Positions 7,692-16,466 of a DNA stretch of 53,503 nt are shown here, piece by piece. The position numbers and the translations under genes were made by a program. The notes below the pieces were generated by a model. That model searched no databases, was not told where the DNA came from, and worked only from the letters and a program-made list of their open reading frames with translations. Location: NCBI GenBank assembly GCA_025935415.1, contig JAICVI010000002.1, positions 1 to 53,503 of the forward strand. Reading direction: 5' to 3'. The number at the start of each line of letters is the position of its first letter. Position 1 is the stretch's first letter. The stretch is from Chloroflexota bacterium (GTDB taxonomy: Bacteria > Chloroflexota > Limnocylindria > Limnocylindrales > CSP1-4).

Positions 7692-9200
7692 TCAGACTTG
7701 GGCTTCTTGCACTAGTTCCACGGCAGTCGCGAGCGCGAGCCGAAGCTCCGGGTCCGCCAGGCGCCAGCCGGTTGCCGCCTCGATCGCGCGCACGCGGTAG
7801 GCCACCGTGTTGCGATGGACACCGAGCGCTGCCGCCGCCTCTCCCACCCCGCCGTAGGCCAGGAGCGCGCGCAGCGTCGCGAGCCGTTCCCGACGCACGT
7901 CCGGGCGGGCGTCGAGGATCGGCGCGAGCACGTTCCGGGCGAGAGCCGGTCCGTCCGGCAGCTTGTGCAGGGCGCCCAGCATCCGGTAGACGGCGAGACG
8001 GTCGGAATGAGCGAGCGCGGGTGGATCCGGGAGGGCGAGTGCCGCGTCCAGCGTGGCCCTCGCCTCGGCTTCCGCGGCCGGCCGGTCGGCGGGATGGTCG
8101 AACGGCCTGGAGATCCCGAGCGGCCGGCCGATCGCCTGTGCGATCGCACCGATCAGGCGATCCCGCTCCGCGCCGTGCGCCCTGTCCGCGGCGGCAACGA
8201 TCCGCACCTCCAGGCTGTCGGCGTCCCCACGGAGGCTCAGACGCCGGGCCGGGGCCAGCAGCCGGAGCTGGCGACGCAGGGCCTCGCGACCCTCGCGGGC
8301 GGCCGGCGCATCGTCCTCTGGTCCGGGCTCGCGCTGGCGTGCCAGCACCACGATCCAGGGAGGCCCGGCCGAGGGCATCGGCTCGGCGCGGCGGGCCCGG
8401 TCCACGGCGCCGCGAACCGCCTCCTCGCGGGCGAGCTCCAGCGCCAGCAGGCCCGCGACACGAGGCAGCGCGGCGCGCCCCAGCTCGGACACCGGCTCGG
8501 TGCCCAGGACGAGCACCTCGCCACCGGCCGCGGACCTGCCCGGCAGCGGCACGCGCAGCGCGACCCCGGCTTCTCCGTCGGCCCGCCGGTGGGTCGCGCC
8601 CTGGTAGCGGCCGGCGGCCGTCGCGGCGGCCGGCACGTCGGGCGGGGCATGAACCACGATCGGCTCGCCGCGGCGCACCTCCAGCACGAGCGCCCGTCCG
8701 AGGAAGGCCGAGACCGCCGCGACCAGGCCGGCCACGCCGGCGCCATCGAGGGCGCGGCGCCGGAGCTCGCCCTCGAGCAGCGCGGCCTGTCGCTCCAGCT
8801 CGGCGCCGCGGGAGACGATGAACCCGACGACGCTCCGCTCCAGGGCCGCCGCGTCCATGCCCTCGACGAGGAGCCCAGCCAGCCCGGCGGCGCGGAGCGC
8901 GCCGGCGACATCGGCGGCTCGCCCGTCCCCGCCCTCGGCTGCAGGCACGAGCACGCCCGAGACGGGCACCGCGGCGAGGGCCGAGAGGAGCTCGCGCAGG
9001 TCGGGCGCGCCGGGCGCGACGACGGCCAGCGCCGAGGGAGGCGCGACCACGAGGTCTCCGGCGTCGAGGCCATCGAAGGCGGGGACGCGCGCCCGGAGGA
9101 CCCGGACCCAGGCGATCTGGCGCGCTGTCGCGGCGGCGCGATCGCCGATCCAGGCCGCGTTGGGCAGCAGCTCCGTCGCGAGCGCGGCGAGGTCGGTCAC
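7692..9200 (-). CDS. PucR-family transcriptional regulator
   Basis: Track ORF of 502 aa. The C-terminal PucR-type HTH reads LATLRALLAYGGVGEAAAALGVHRNTVAYRVRAIEAATG. It starts 12 nt after the resB stop. Confidence 0.8.
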   Translation of the reverse strand: MTDLAALATELLPNAAWIGDRAAATARQIAWVRVLRARVPAFDGLDAGDLVVAPPSALAVVAPGAPDLRELLSALAAVPVSGVLVPAAEGGDGRAADVAGALRAAGLAGLLVEGMDAAALERSVVGFIVSRGAELERQAALLEGELRRRALDGAGVAGLVAAVSAFLGRALVLEVRRGEPIVVHAPPDVPAAATAAGRYQGATHRRADGEAGVALRVPLPGRSAAGGEVLVLGTEPVSELGRAALPRVAGLLALELAREEAVRGAVDRARRAEPMPSAGPPWIVVLARQREPGPEDDAPAAREGREALRRQLRLLAPARRLSLRGDADSLEVRIVAAADRAHGAERDRLIGAIAQAIGRPLGISRPFDHPADRPAAEAEARATLDAALALPDPPALAHSDRLAVYRMLGALHKLPDGPALARNVLAPILDARPDVRRERLATLRALLAYGGVGEAAAALGVHRNTVAYRVRAIEAATGWRLADPELRLALATAVELVQEAQV

Positions 9201-9212
9201 GAGGTGGCGACC

Positions 9213-10730
9213 TCAGGCCGTCCCGGTCGCGCCGGCCGGGGGCGCGGTGCCGCGAGGCTCGCCGGGCCCCGTGGAACGAGCCGCTACGAGCACATCGACG
9301 AGGCCGCCGAACTCGCGATCGAAGTCGACCTGCCGATCGGCGCGGCCCACGAGGTCGAGTCGCCCATCCGGCCGAAGCCGTGCCCACACCCGCCGCCGGG
9401 GCAGGTAGAAGGTGATCGCGAGCCCGAGCAGCAGCGCGGCGAAGGCGAGCCAGACGATCGGCGCGCCCGGGTCGCGCTTGGCGATCAGCAGCGTGTAGTC
9501 GCTGAAGCCCTTGAGGGTGAGTGTCATGTCGAGGCCGCCCATGTCGACCTGCTCGCCCTTGATGGTCGCGACGGGCGTTCCGTACCGGACGTCGGCCGTG
9601 CCGTCGGCGTTCGTGCCATGGATGACGTAGGGCAGGGCGATCAGCGTGCCGACGCCGTCGGGCGTGCGATCGAGCAGCAGCTGCAGCCCGAACTCCCGGC
9701 CCGGAACGGGCAGTGCGCCGAGGGGAAGCCCGCCCGCCGTGTCCGTCATCGGCACCGGCCCGGTCCAGAGGATGGAGCCGTCCTTCGCGCGGAGCTCGAT
9801 GTCCGGCGCCGGCCCGAAGCCGTTCTGGTGGAACGTGTAGCCGCCCGCCGTCAAGGGATCGTTGACCCGGATCACCTTGCGGGCCAGCAGCTTGCCATCC
9901 TGGTACACGGCCAGATCCGTGGTGAAGTCGCTGGCCTGCCCGGTCTCGAGGCCCGGCGCCTCGAAGTCGAGGTTCTGGACCAGCAGCAGGCCCGGCGTGC
10001 CGATCGGCTGGACCGTCAACGTGTCGCCTTCGGCGACGACGAGCCCCTGCTCGTCCCCGAATCGCGCCGTGACCAGGCCCGCCAGCAGGAACAGGATCAG
10101 GCCGAGGTGCGAGATCAGCGTCGCCATCTTGGTCCAGCGGTTGCGATCGCCATAGATGTACGTCGCGCCGTCGGCGCTCACCTCCTGGCGAACCGTGAAC
10201 CTGCGGCGGCGAAGGGCGTCCGCCACCGTGGCCGGCGCCAGCCCGCCCGGGGCGATCGAGACGCGATCCGGAAGGCGCGGATCGAAGTACGAATCCGGCT
10301 GGATGACGCGGATGAAGGCCGACTGCTGCCACAGGCGCGGGGTGCGATCGAGGGTGCAGATGAGGATCGAGACCGCAAGGACGAAGAGGCCGAGGGAGAA
10401 CGGCACCGACGTGAAGACGTGGAACAGCTGGAGCCGCTCCATGAGGTCGACGGCCGGGACGCCGAGCGCCGGCTCGTAGATCGAGCGGAGCTTGCCCATC
10501 TCGGTCGCGTAGTCGCCGGCCGACCGGAACGCGAACCCGGGCAGCTGCCGGATCGTCATCCCGAAGGTGGCCAGGATTGCCACGGCCACGATCTGCACGA
10601 CCGCGAAGTTGACCGAGGTGAAGAGCCGCCACAGGCGCATGCCCGCGCGGGCGGCGAAGCTGGGGCCGGCCCGGCCCTCGTCTCGACCGGCGGCGCGATC
10701 GGCCGGCCGGCCCACGCTGACGCTGGTCAC
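9213..10730 (-). CDS. resB: Cytochrome c biogenesis protein ResB/Ccs1 (System II)
   Basis: Track ORF of 505 aa. The sequence WRLFTSVNFAVVQIVAVAILATFGMTIRQLP...LFHVFTSVPFSLGLFVLAVSILICTLDRTPRLW...KRDPGAPIVWLAFAALLLGLAITFYLPRRRVW shows the ResB topology and motifs. The start is uncertain (GTG 10730 or ATG 10640). Confidence 0.8.
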   Translation of the reverse strand: MTSVSVGRPADRAAGRDEGRAGPSFAARAGMRLWRLFTSVNFAVVQIVAVAILATFGMTIRQLPGFAFRSAGDYATEMGKLRSIYEPALGVPAVDLMERLQLFHVFTSVPFSLGLFVLAVSILICTLDRTPRLWQQSAFIRVIQPDSYFDPRLPDRVSIAPGGLAPATVADALRRRRFTVRQEVSADGATYIYGDRNRWTKMATLISHLGLILFLLAGLVTARFGDEQGLVVAEGDTLTVQPIGTPGLLLVQNLDFEAPGLETGQASDFTTDLAVYQDGKLLARKVIRVNDPLTAGGYTFHQNGFGPAPDIELRAKDGSILWTGPVPMTDTAGGLPLGALPVPGREFGLQLLLDRTPDGVGTLIALPYVIHGTNADGTADVRYGTPVATIKGEQVDMGGLDMTLTLKGFSDYTLLIAKRDPGAPIVWLAFAALLLGLAITFYLPRRRVWARLRPDGRLDLVGRADRQVDFDREFGGLVDVLVAARSTGPGEPRGTAPPAGATGTA

Positions 10731-10837
10731 GTATCCGCCCGATCAGGCTCCGGCAAGCACGTCAGCATCGGCTCGCGCCGCGGCGAGCGCCTGCTCGAAG
10801 TCCTCCATCGCGGCCGATCCTACACCGGGCGGCAGGA

Positions 10838-12160
10838 TCAGCCGGCGCGCTCGCTCCCGCGCTTGGTCGGGGCTTCGATCGGGGTGATGTTGATGGCCAT
10901 CGGCTCGGCGGCCGCGCGCGCCACCCGGTTCTTGCCGCCGCGCTTGGAGGCGTACATCGCGCGGTCCGCGCTCACGAGGAGGGCATCCGCGGATCGCCCG
11001 TCGGCGGGGTAGGACACGACCCCCACGGAGACGGTCGGACCCGGATCGATCCCGGGCAGGCCCTGCTCGGCCACGACCTGCCGGATCTTCTCGGCGACGA
11101 CCCAGCCGCCCGTCGGGTCGGTCTCGGGCAGCAGCGCGACGAACTCGTCACCGCCGTAGCGAGCGGCGGTGTCGATCTTGCGCACGCCGCCGCGGACGAT
11201 GTCGGCCACGGCCCGGAGCACCTGGTCGCCGGCGATATGCCCGAAGCGATCGTTCACCGACTTCAGGTCGTCGAGGTCGAGCATGACCATGCAGAACGCG
11301 CGGCCCGAGCGGTCGCCGCGCGCGATCTCGCGCTCGAGGGCCGTGAAGAAGTAGGAGCGGTTGTAGAGCCCGGTCAGGGCGTCGACCGTGGACAGCCGGA
11401 TGGCGGCGTCGCGGGCGCGCCGCTGCTCCCGCCCGACGGAAGCGCCGATGTAGGCGAGGAGGTACAGGCCGGTCAGGTTGACGGCCATCGTGACCAGCGG
11501 CCCGATCTCCGGCGTCGGATCGACGATCAGGCCCGCGGTGAGATAGGCCGCGGTGGCGAGCACCGCGAGCGCGAGCGCGACCCGCGGCGCCACCAGCAAG
11601 GCGCCCGCTCCCACGATCAGCGGGAAGGTGAACGTGAACGGGCTCTGGAGCCCGCCGGTGAGCGCGACGAGGCTGGAGGCGAAGACGAGCGCAAGGATGC
11701 CCTGGAGCGGTCCCTTGGCCTGCTTCAACGGCGTCCGTGGCAGGACGTCCTGCAGGATCAGCAGGGCCTCGCCCGTGACCGCCACGAGGATGACGATGGA
11801 GGCGAGGGCGCCCGGCCAGAGACCGCTCGCCGCGGCGAAGACCGCGACGGCCATGAGGAACGCCCAGCTGACCACGCGGACGACCCGATCCTCGAGGTTC
11901 GGGTCCGTCTTCACCTGCGGCGCATCGGCAGTCAGGGGCAGGTCGAAATCGTCATCGTCCGCGGTGACGACGAGCGCGCGCGAGGTCTCGCCGGGGTTGC
12001 CCTTCGGGTCCGCCATGGCCTCCGCCGTTGCCTCCTTGTCCTGCACGGTCCTGCTCGAGATCCGGCGCCTGAGCCACACGAACGACGGTGCCAGCAGGAG
12101 GGCGAAGGCGATGATCGAGAGGATCGCGATCGCCAGGACCACGAGCTCCGAGACCGGCAT
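10838..12160 (-). CDS. Membrane-anchored diguanylate cyclase (GGDEF domain)
   Basis: Track ORF of 440 aa with several N-terminal TM segments, followed by DALTGLYNRSYF...MVMLDLDDLKSVNDRFGHIAGDQVL...ARYGGDEFVALLP. The start abuts the Lrp stop (TGAATG). Confidence 0.85.
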   Translation of the reverse strand: MPVSELVVLAIAILSIIAFALLLAPSFVWLRRRISSRTVQDKEATAEAMADPKGNPGETSRALVVTADDDDFDLPLTADAPQVKTDPNLEDRVVRVVSWAFLMAVAVFAAASGLWPGALASIVILVAVTGEALLILQDVLPRTPLKQAKGPLQGILALVFASSLVALTGGLQSPFTFTFPLIVGAGALLVAPRVALALAVLATAAYLTAGLIVDPTPEIGPLVTMAVNLTGLYLLAYIGASVGREQRRARDAAIRLSTVDALTGLYNRSYFFTALEREIARGDRSGRAFCMVMLDLDDLKSVNDRFGHIAGDQVLRAVADIVRGGVRKIDTAARYGGDEFVALLPETDPTGGWVVAEKIRQVVAEQGLPGIDPGPTVSVGVVSYPADGRSADALLVSADRAMYASKRGGKNRVARAAAEPMAINITPIEAPTKRGSERAG

Positions 12161-12667
12161 TCAGCGCGTTCCGAACTGGTACGTCTGCTTCACGAGGCGC
12201 AGGTACGAGAACGTCTCGGTGTCGCGCACGCCATCGATCCGCTGAAGGCGGTCCGCCAGGAAGTGCAGGAGCCCCTCGTTGTCCTCCGCGACGGTCTCGA
12301 TCAGGACGTCGAAGCGACCGGCCGTCACGACGACGTAATCGACCTCGGGCATCTCCGCGAGAGCCTCCGCCACCTCGAGGAGCTTCCCCGGCTGGCAGCG
12401 GATCCCGATCAGGGCCTGCTGGAAGCCGAGCTTGTCCGGGTCGGCCACGCCGACGATCTGCAGGATGCCACGCTCCACCAGCCGGTTGGTGCGGGCGCGC
12501 ACCGCTGCTTCGCTGACGCCCAGGGCCGTCGCGATCTGGGTGAACGGCCGGCGGCCATCCTCCTGGAGGTGCTCGATGATCCGCTTGTCGAGGGCCGAGA
12601 GCTCGTCGGGACGGCGATTCCGACGGACGACCGCGTCCGGATTCGAATCTCGCAAGGTCCCGGCCAT
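12161..12667 (-). CDS. Lrp/AsnC-family transcriptional regulator
   Basis: The ATG at 12667 lies in track ORF 12161..13084. The sequence reads LSALDKRIIEHLQEDGRRPFTQIATALGVSEAAVRARTNRLVERGIL and ends in a RAM-like C-terminal domain. Confidence 0.85.
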   Translation of the reverse strand: MAGTLRDSNPDAVVRRNRRPDELSALDKRIIEHLQEDGRRPFTQIATALGVSEAAVRARTNRLVERGILQIVGVADPDKLGFQQALIGIRCQPGKLLEVAEALAEMPEVDYVVVTAGRFDVLIETVAEDNEGLLHFLADRLQRIDGVRDTETFSYLRLVKQTYQFGTR

Positions 12668-12747
12668 GGCTGGCGAATCTAGCACCGGGCCCGTGGCGCG
12701 GCGGGCTGCCATCGGCCGTCCGCGTGACGGTTCCCGTACAGCTCCAC

Positions 12748-13668
12748 TCAGCCCCGGTCGAGCTCGGCCAGCACGGGAGCGAGCGCCTCGATGGACTCGA
12801 TCGTGATCGGATCGACGACGAGCTGGATCTCCGCGAGGCCCAGGGCCGCGTACTCCCGGAAGCGCGCCGCCAGATGGGCGGTCGAGCCCTCCAGCGGCGG
12901 GGTTGCGCCTTCGTCGTACTTCGTCACGCGCCCGCTGCCGCCGGACATGCCCACCAGCACGGCACTCGTCTTCTCGAGCGTCGCAGGGTCGCGACCAACG
13001 GCTCGGCACGCCGCCTCGACCTGGGCGAGGATGGGGCGGAGGCCCTCGATCGAGTTGTTGGACTGCCGATACCAGACGTTCCACTGCTCGACGTGGGGCA
13101 GGGTGATCTCCAGCATCCGCGGCCCGACGCTCCCGACCATCAGCGGCGGCCCGCCGGGCGCGTGGGGCCGCGGCAGGAGCTCGCAGTCGCGGGCCTGGAA
13201 GAACTTCCCGTCGAAGTCGATCCGGCCGTCGCGCAGGAGCGTCCGGATGATCGTGAACGCCTCTTCGAAGCGCGAGATGCGGTTGTCGAACGGAAAGCCG
13301 AAGGCCCGGAACTCGGTCTCGTTCCAGCCGGCGCCGAGGCCGACGATCAGCCTGCCGGCGCTCACCTCGTCGACCGTCGCCGCCATCTTGGCGAGCATCG
13401 CCGGCGCATGGAACGCGGTCGCGGCGACGAGCGGCCCGAGCTTGATCCGCGTCGTGCTGGCGGCGATGGCGGCAAGGAGGGTCCAGACCTCCCAGGGACC
13501 GCGCGTCGAGCCGTCCGCGTAGCGGTACAGCAGGTGATCGCCGAGCCAGATGGTGTCGAAGCCCGCGTCCTCGGCGGCGCGCGCCATCGCGACGTACTCG
13601 GGCCAGCGAACCTCGCGCTCGACCTCGGGGAGCTGGATACCGACACGGAGGGGGCGCGCACCTGCCAT
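12748..13668 (-). CDS. Luciferase-like monooxygenase (LLM) class, probable F420-dependent oxidoreductase
   Basis: Track ORF of 306 aa: RVGIQLPEVER...AEDAGFDTIWLGDHLLYR...GRLIVGLGAGWNETEFRAFGFPFDNRISRFEE. Confidence 0.85.
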   Translation of the reverse strand: MAGARPLRVGIQLPEVEREVRWPEYVAMARAAEDAGFDTIWLGDHLLYRYADGSTRGPWEVWTLLAAIAASTTRIKLGPLVAATAFHAPAMLAKMAATVDEVSAGRLIVGLGAGWNETEFRAFGFPFDNRISRFEEAFTIIRTLLRDGRIDFDGKFFQARDCELLPRPHAPGGPPLMVGSVGPRMLEITLPHVEQWNVWYRQSNNSIEGLRPILAQVEAACRAVGRDPATLEKTSAVLVGMSGGSGRVTKYDEGATPPLEGSTAHLAARFREYAALGLAEIQLVVDPITIESIEALAPVLAELDRG

Positions 13669-13719
13669 GTCGGGGAGGGTAGCCGGGGCCGGTCGCCCCG
13701 GCTGGCGCCGGACCGTGGG

Positions 13720-14172
13720 TCAGGCCGGAGCGTCGGGCGGGACCGGAGCGGTGATCTCGCGGTATTCCGCGCGCAGTCGCTCGACCGCGGCGCGTGCGTC
13801 GGCCTCCTCACGCGAACCCGAGGGAGCGTCGGCGAGCCGGCGCTCGGCGGCGCGCCATTCGGCGAGCACGCCGATGGCATCGCGCCTCGGCGGGGTCTCC
13901 CGGATCGGGATGTTGGCATCGGCATCGCCGGCCTTGACGTCGGCGTGGACCTGCTCGGCCAGCTCGACCTCCTCGCCGCTGGAGAAGAGCAGCGCCCGCG
14001 ACAGGTCCTCGATCTCGCGGGCGAGCCGGATGAACTCGGGGCGCTCGGGCGGCAGCTCGCGTTTCCGGCTCTCGAGCTCGTACAGGCGGTCGAGTCGCTG
14101 CATCAGTGAATCCGACGCGGCGCGCAGGTTCGCTGCGCGCTCGACGTCGTGGAAATCCATGTCCTGGGTCAT
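13720..14172 (-). CDS. Hypothetical helical protein (paralog A of 16004..16423)
   Basis: The ATG at 14172 is preceded by GGGGAGG. The 150-aa product contains LRAASDSLMQRLDRLYELESRKRELPPERPEFIRLAREIEDL...IGVLAEWRAAERRLADAPSGS..RLRAEYRE. It aligns along its length with the product of 16004..16423. Confidence 0.6.
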   Translation of the reverse strand: MTQDMDFHDVERAANLRAASDSLMQRLDRLYELESRKRELPPERPEFIRLAREIEDLSRALLFSSGEEVELAEQVHADVKAGDADANIPIRETPPRRDAIGVLAEWRAAERRLADAPSGSREEADARAAVERLRAEYREITAPVPPDAPA

Positions 14173-14414
14173 GTCGGGCAACCTCCCCGCCGTCCGGCGG
14201 TCGCACGCGGCTCTCACCGGTGCCTCAAGGGCACGATGGTCGACGTTCGGTGCTTTCGGCAAGTGCGCACGCGGTAGCGCCTGGGCCTCACAGCCGGCTT
14301 TCGTGTCGCCCCGTATCCACGGAGTGGCATGGGATCGAAACGCCCGCCAGTGGGATCGTGCGCTCGGGCCGCAATCACGCCTCGCCACCCTTGTCGGTGC
14401 AGGAGGTACGCGAG

Positions 14415-14672
14415 ATGCGGACGGAGCAGAACCCGGGCGAACCGGAGCCGACGACCCCGACCGAGGACGAGCAGCGTTCGCCGTTCGATCGGCCGCCGTT
14501 CGACGAAGACCCCGAGGCGCAGCATGCGCCTGGCGAGAACGAGCAGGATCCCGGCTCACAGCAGACGCCGCCGCCGATGCAGGCCAATGAGCGAGCGGGC
14601 AACGACAACATTCGCGAGGGCCGCGTCGGTGGCGTCATGGGCGCGCCCGGAGCCACGGGCGGTCAGGGCTAG
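14415..14672 (+). CDS. Small (85 aa) acidic, Pro/Glu/Gln-rich, probably disordered protein
   Basis: The ATG at 14415 lies 8 nt after a perfect AGGAGG. Codon third positions are GC-rich. The product reads MRTEQNPGEPEPTTPTEDEQRSPFDRPPFDEDPEAQHAPGENEQDPGSQQTPPPMQANERAGNDNIREGRVGGVMGAPGATGGQG. Confidence 0.45.
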   Translation: MRTEQNPGEPEPTTPTEDEQRSPFDRPPFDEDPEAQHAPGENEQDPGSQQTPPPMQANERAGNDNIREGRVGGVMGAPGATGGQG

Positions 14673-14748
14673 GTCGACGGATTCGGGCGTCGCGGGCGGT
14701 TGGCGCGCGGCGACCTCCAGCGCCGGGGACTGACCGGCCGGCGCTAGG

Positions 14749-15909
14749 ATGGCGCCGATGACCACGATGGAGCAGCGCCCGGCCGCGGGCGCGCCTTCCG
14801 CAGCGGATCGCGCGGACCGGGTCGCCGAGTGGGCAGGTCCCTCGCGGACGCCCACCGACGGGCCGCTGACGTTCGAGGAGCTGCAGCTCGCGGGCCGGAA
14901 CCGCGGCATGCCGCTGGAGGCGCTGCGCTACGACATCACCCCCACCGGCCTGCACTACCTGCTCGTCCATTTCGACATCCCGGCCGTGGATCCCGCGGCG
15001 TGGCGACTCTCGCTGGGTGGCCTCGTCGACCGCCCGCTCGAGCTCACTCTGGACGAGCTGCGAGAACGGCCGAGCCAGACCATCCCAGTCACCCTGGAAT
15101 GCGCCGGCAACGGCCGGGCCCGTCTGACGCCGCGGCCGTTGAGCAACCCCTGGATGTTCGAGGCCATCGGGACCGCGGAGTGGACCGGCACGCCGCTCGG
15201 GCCGTTGCTCGATGCGGCCGGCGTTCGCGACGACGCCATCGAGCTGGTCTTCACCGGCGCGGATCGGGGCGTCCAGGGCGGTGTCGAGCACGACTTCCAG
15301 CGGAGCCTCTCGCTCGCCGAGGCACGTCGCCCGGAGGTGATGCTCGTCTACGCGATGAACGGGCTGCCGCTCCAGCCGCAGCACGGCTTCCCCGTCCGCC
15401 TGGTCGTGCCCGGCTGGTACGGCATGGCGAGCGTGAAGTGGCTGCGGTCGATCGAGGCCGTGGCAGAGCCGTTCGAGGGTTACCAGCAGGCGAGGACGTA
15501 CCGCTACAAGACCGACGCCGACGATCCGGGCGACCCGGTGTCGCGGATCCGCGTCCGGTCGGTGATGGCGCCGCCGGGCATCCCGGACTACTTCTCGCGG
15601 CGCCGGCTCGTCGATGCAGGGCCGGTGACGCTCGGCGGGCGCACCTGGGGCGGGCGCGGGCCGATCCAGCGCGTCGAGGTTGCGGTCGACGGAACCTGGG
15701 CCGATGCGACCCTCGCTCCCGTGGCCGGCGATTTCGCCTGGCGCGCGTGGAGCTTCGAATGGGACGCCACACCCGGCCCGCACACGCTGGCCTGCCGCGC
15801 GACCGACGCCGCGGGCGAGACCCAGCCCGCGGCCGCTCCCTGGAACTACCAGGGCATGGGCAACAACGCGATCCAGTCGATCGAGGTCACCGTCCGACCG
15901 ACCCCCTGA
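14749..15909 (+). CDS. Sulfite-oxidase-family molybdopterin oxidoreductase (SUOX fold plus C-terminal Ig-like dimerisation domain)
   Basis: Track ORF of 386 aa: VTLECAGNGRARL (Mo-ligand Cys region), GTAEWTGTPL, MLVYAMNGLPLQPQHGFPVRLVVPGWYGMASVKWL and a C-terminal RVEVAVDG...W. I see no obvious Tat or Sec signal. Confidence 0.85.
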   Translation: MAPMTTMEQRPAAGAPSAADRADRVAEWAGPSRTPTDGPLTFEELQLAGRNRGMPLEALRYDITPTGLHYLLVHFDIPAVDPAAWRLSLGGLVDRPLELTLDELRERPSQTIPVTLECAGNGRARLTPRPLSNPWMFEAIGTAEWTGTPLGPLLDAAGVRDDAIELVFTGADRGVQGGVEHDFQRSLSLAEARRPEVMLVYAMNGLPLQPQHGFPVRLVVPGWYGMASVKWLRSIEAVAEPFEGYQQARTYRYKTDADDPGDPVSRIRVRSVMAPPGIPDYFSRRRLVDAGPVTLGGRTWGGRGPIQRVEVAVDGTWADATLAPVAGDFAWRAWSFEWDATPGPHTLACRATDAAGETQPAAAPWNYQGMGNNAIQSIEVTVRPTP

Positions 15910-16003
15910 GCCCGGCCGCACGGCCAAGTGTCGTGAACGGAGCGATGCACGTCGTCGCTGTAGCATTGCGCCCGCATTACGCGACACACGGGAGGGCCGG
16001 GGC

Positions 16004-16423
16004 ATGGTCGATGCCACTGCGGAGCTTCGGGCGACATCGGATCTGCTGCTCCTCGATCTCGAGGCGCTCGGGCAGCTGGAAGAGCAGAAGCGACTGACGC
16101 CGCATGGCGACGAGAAGCTCGTGGAGCTCGCCGCGCGCATCGAGGAGATCGCGCAGCGGGTGCTCCGTGGCAGCCGCCGCCAGCGCGAGCTGACCGAGGC
16201 CGTCACCGAGGCGGCGCAGGTCGGCGAAGGCAGCGAGAACGCGACGATCGATTCGATGCGCTCCGTGTCGGCGATCCTCGCCGACTGGCGGGAGGCCGAG
16301 CGGGTGGCCATGCAATTGGCGCCGGGATCCCCGGAACGGACGGAGGCGGAGTCCATGGCCGAGCGCTTCCGCGAGGAATACGGACGGGCCTTCGACGCCG
16401 CGCGCAGCGCGACGGAGTCGTAG
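16004..16423 (+). CDS. Hypothetical helical protein (paralog B of 13720..14172)
   Basis: The ATG at 16004 is preceded by GGGAGGG. The 139-aa product contains LRATSDLLLLDLEALGQLEEQKRLTPHGDEKLVELAARIEEI...SAILADWREAERVAMQLAPGS..RFREEYGR. Confidence 0.6.
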   Translation: MVDATAELRATSDLLLLDLEALGQLEEQKRLTPHGDEKLVELAARIEEIAQRVLRGSRRQRELTEAVTEAAQVGEGSENATIDSMRSVSAILADWREAERVAMQLAPGSPERTEAESMAERFREEYGRAFDAARSATES

Positions 16424-16466
16424 CGCTCGCCTTGCGAAGCTCCCGATTCGACCGGGCGATCCCTGC

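Noticed and set aside
7552-11012. Track ORFs of 1026 aa (7552..10632, -) and 1065 aa (7815..11012, +), the longest in this region
   Set aside because: Their translations are Arg/Pro/Gly/Ala-rich low-complexity strings with no motifs. They overlap, out of frame or antisense, the convincing PucR, ResB and GGDEF genes. This is a typical high-GC open-frame artefact.
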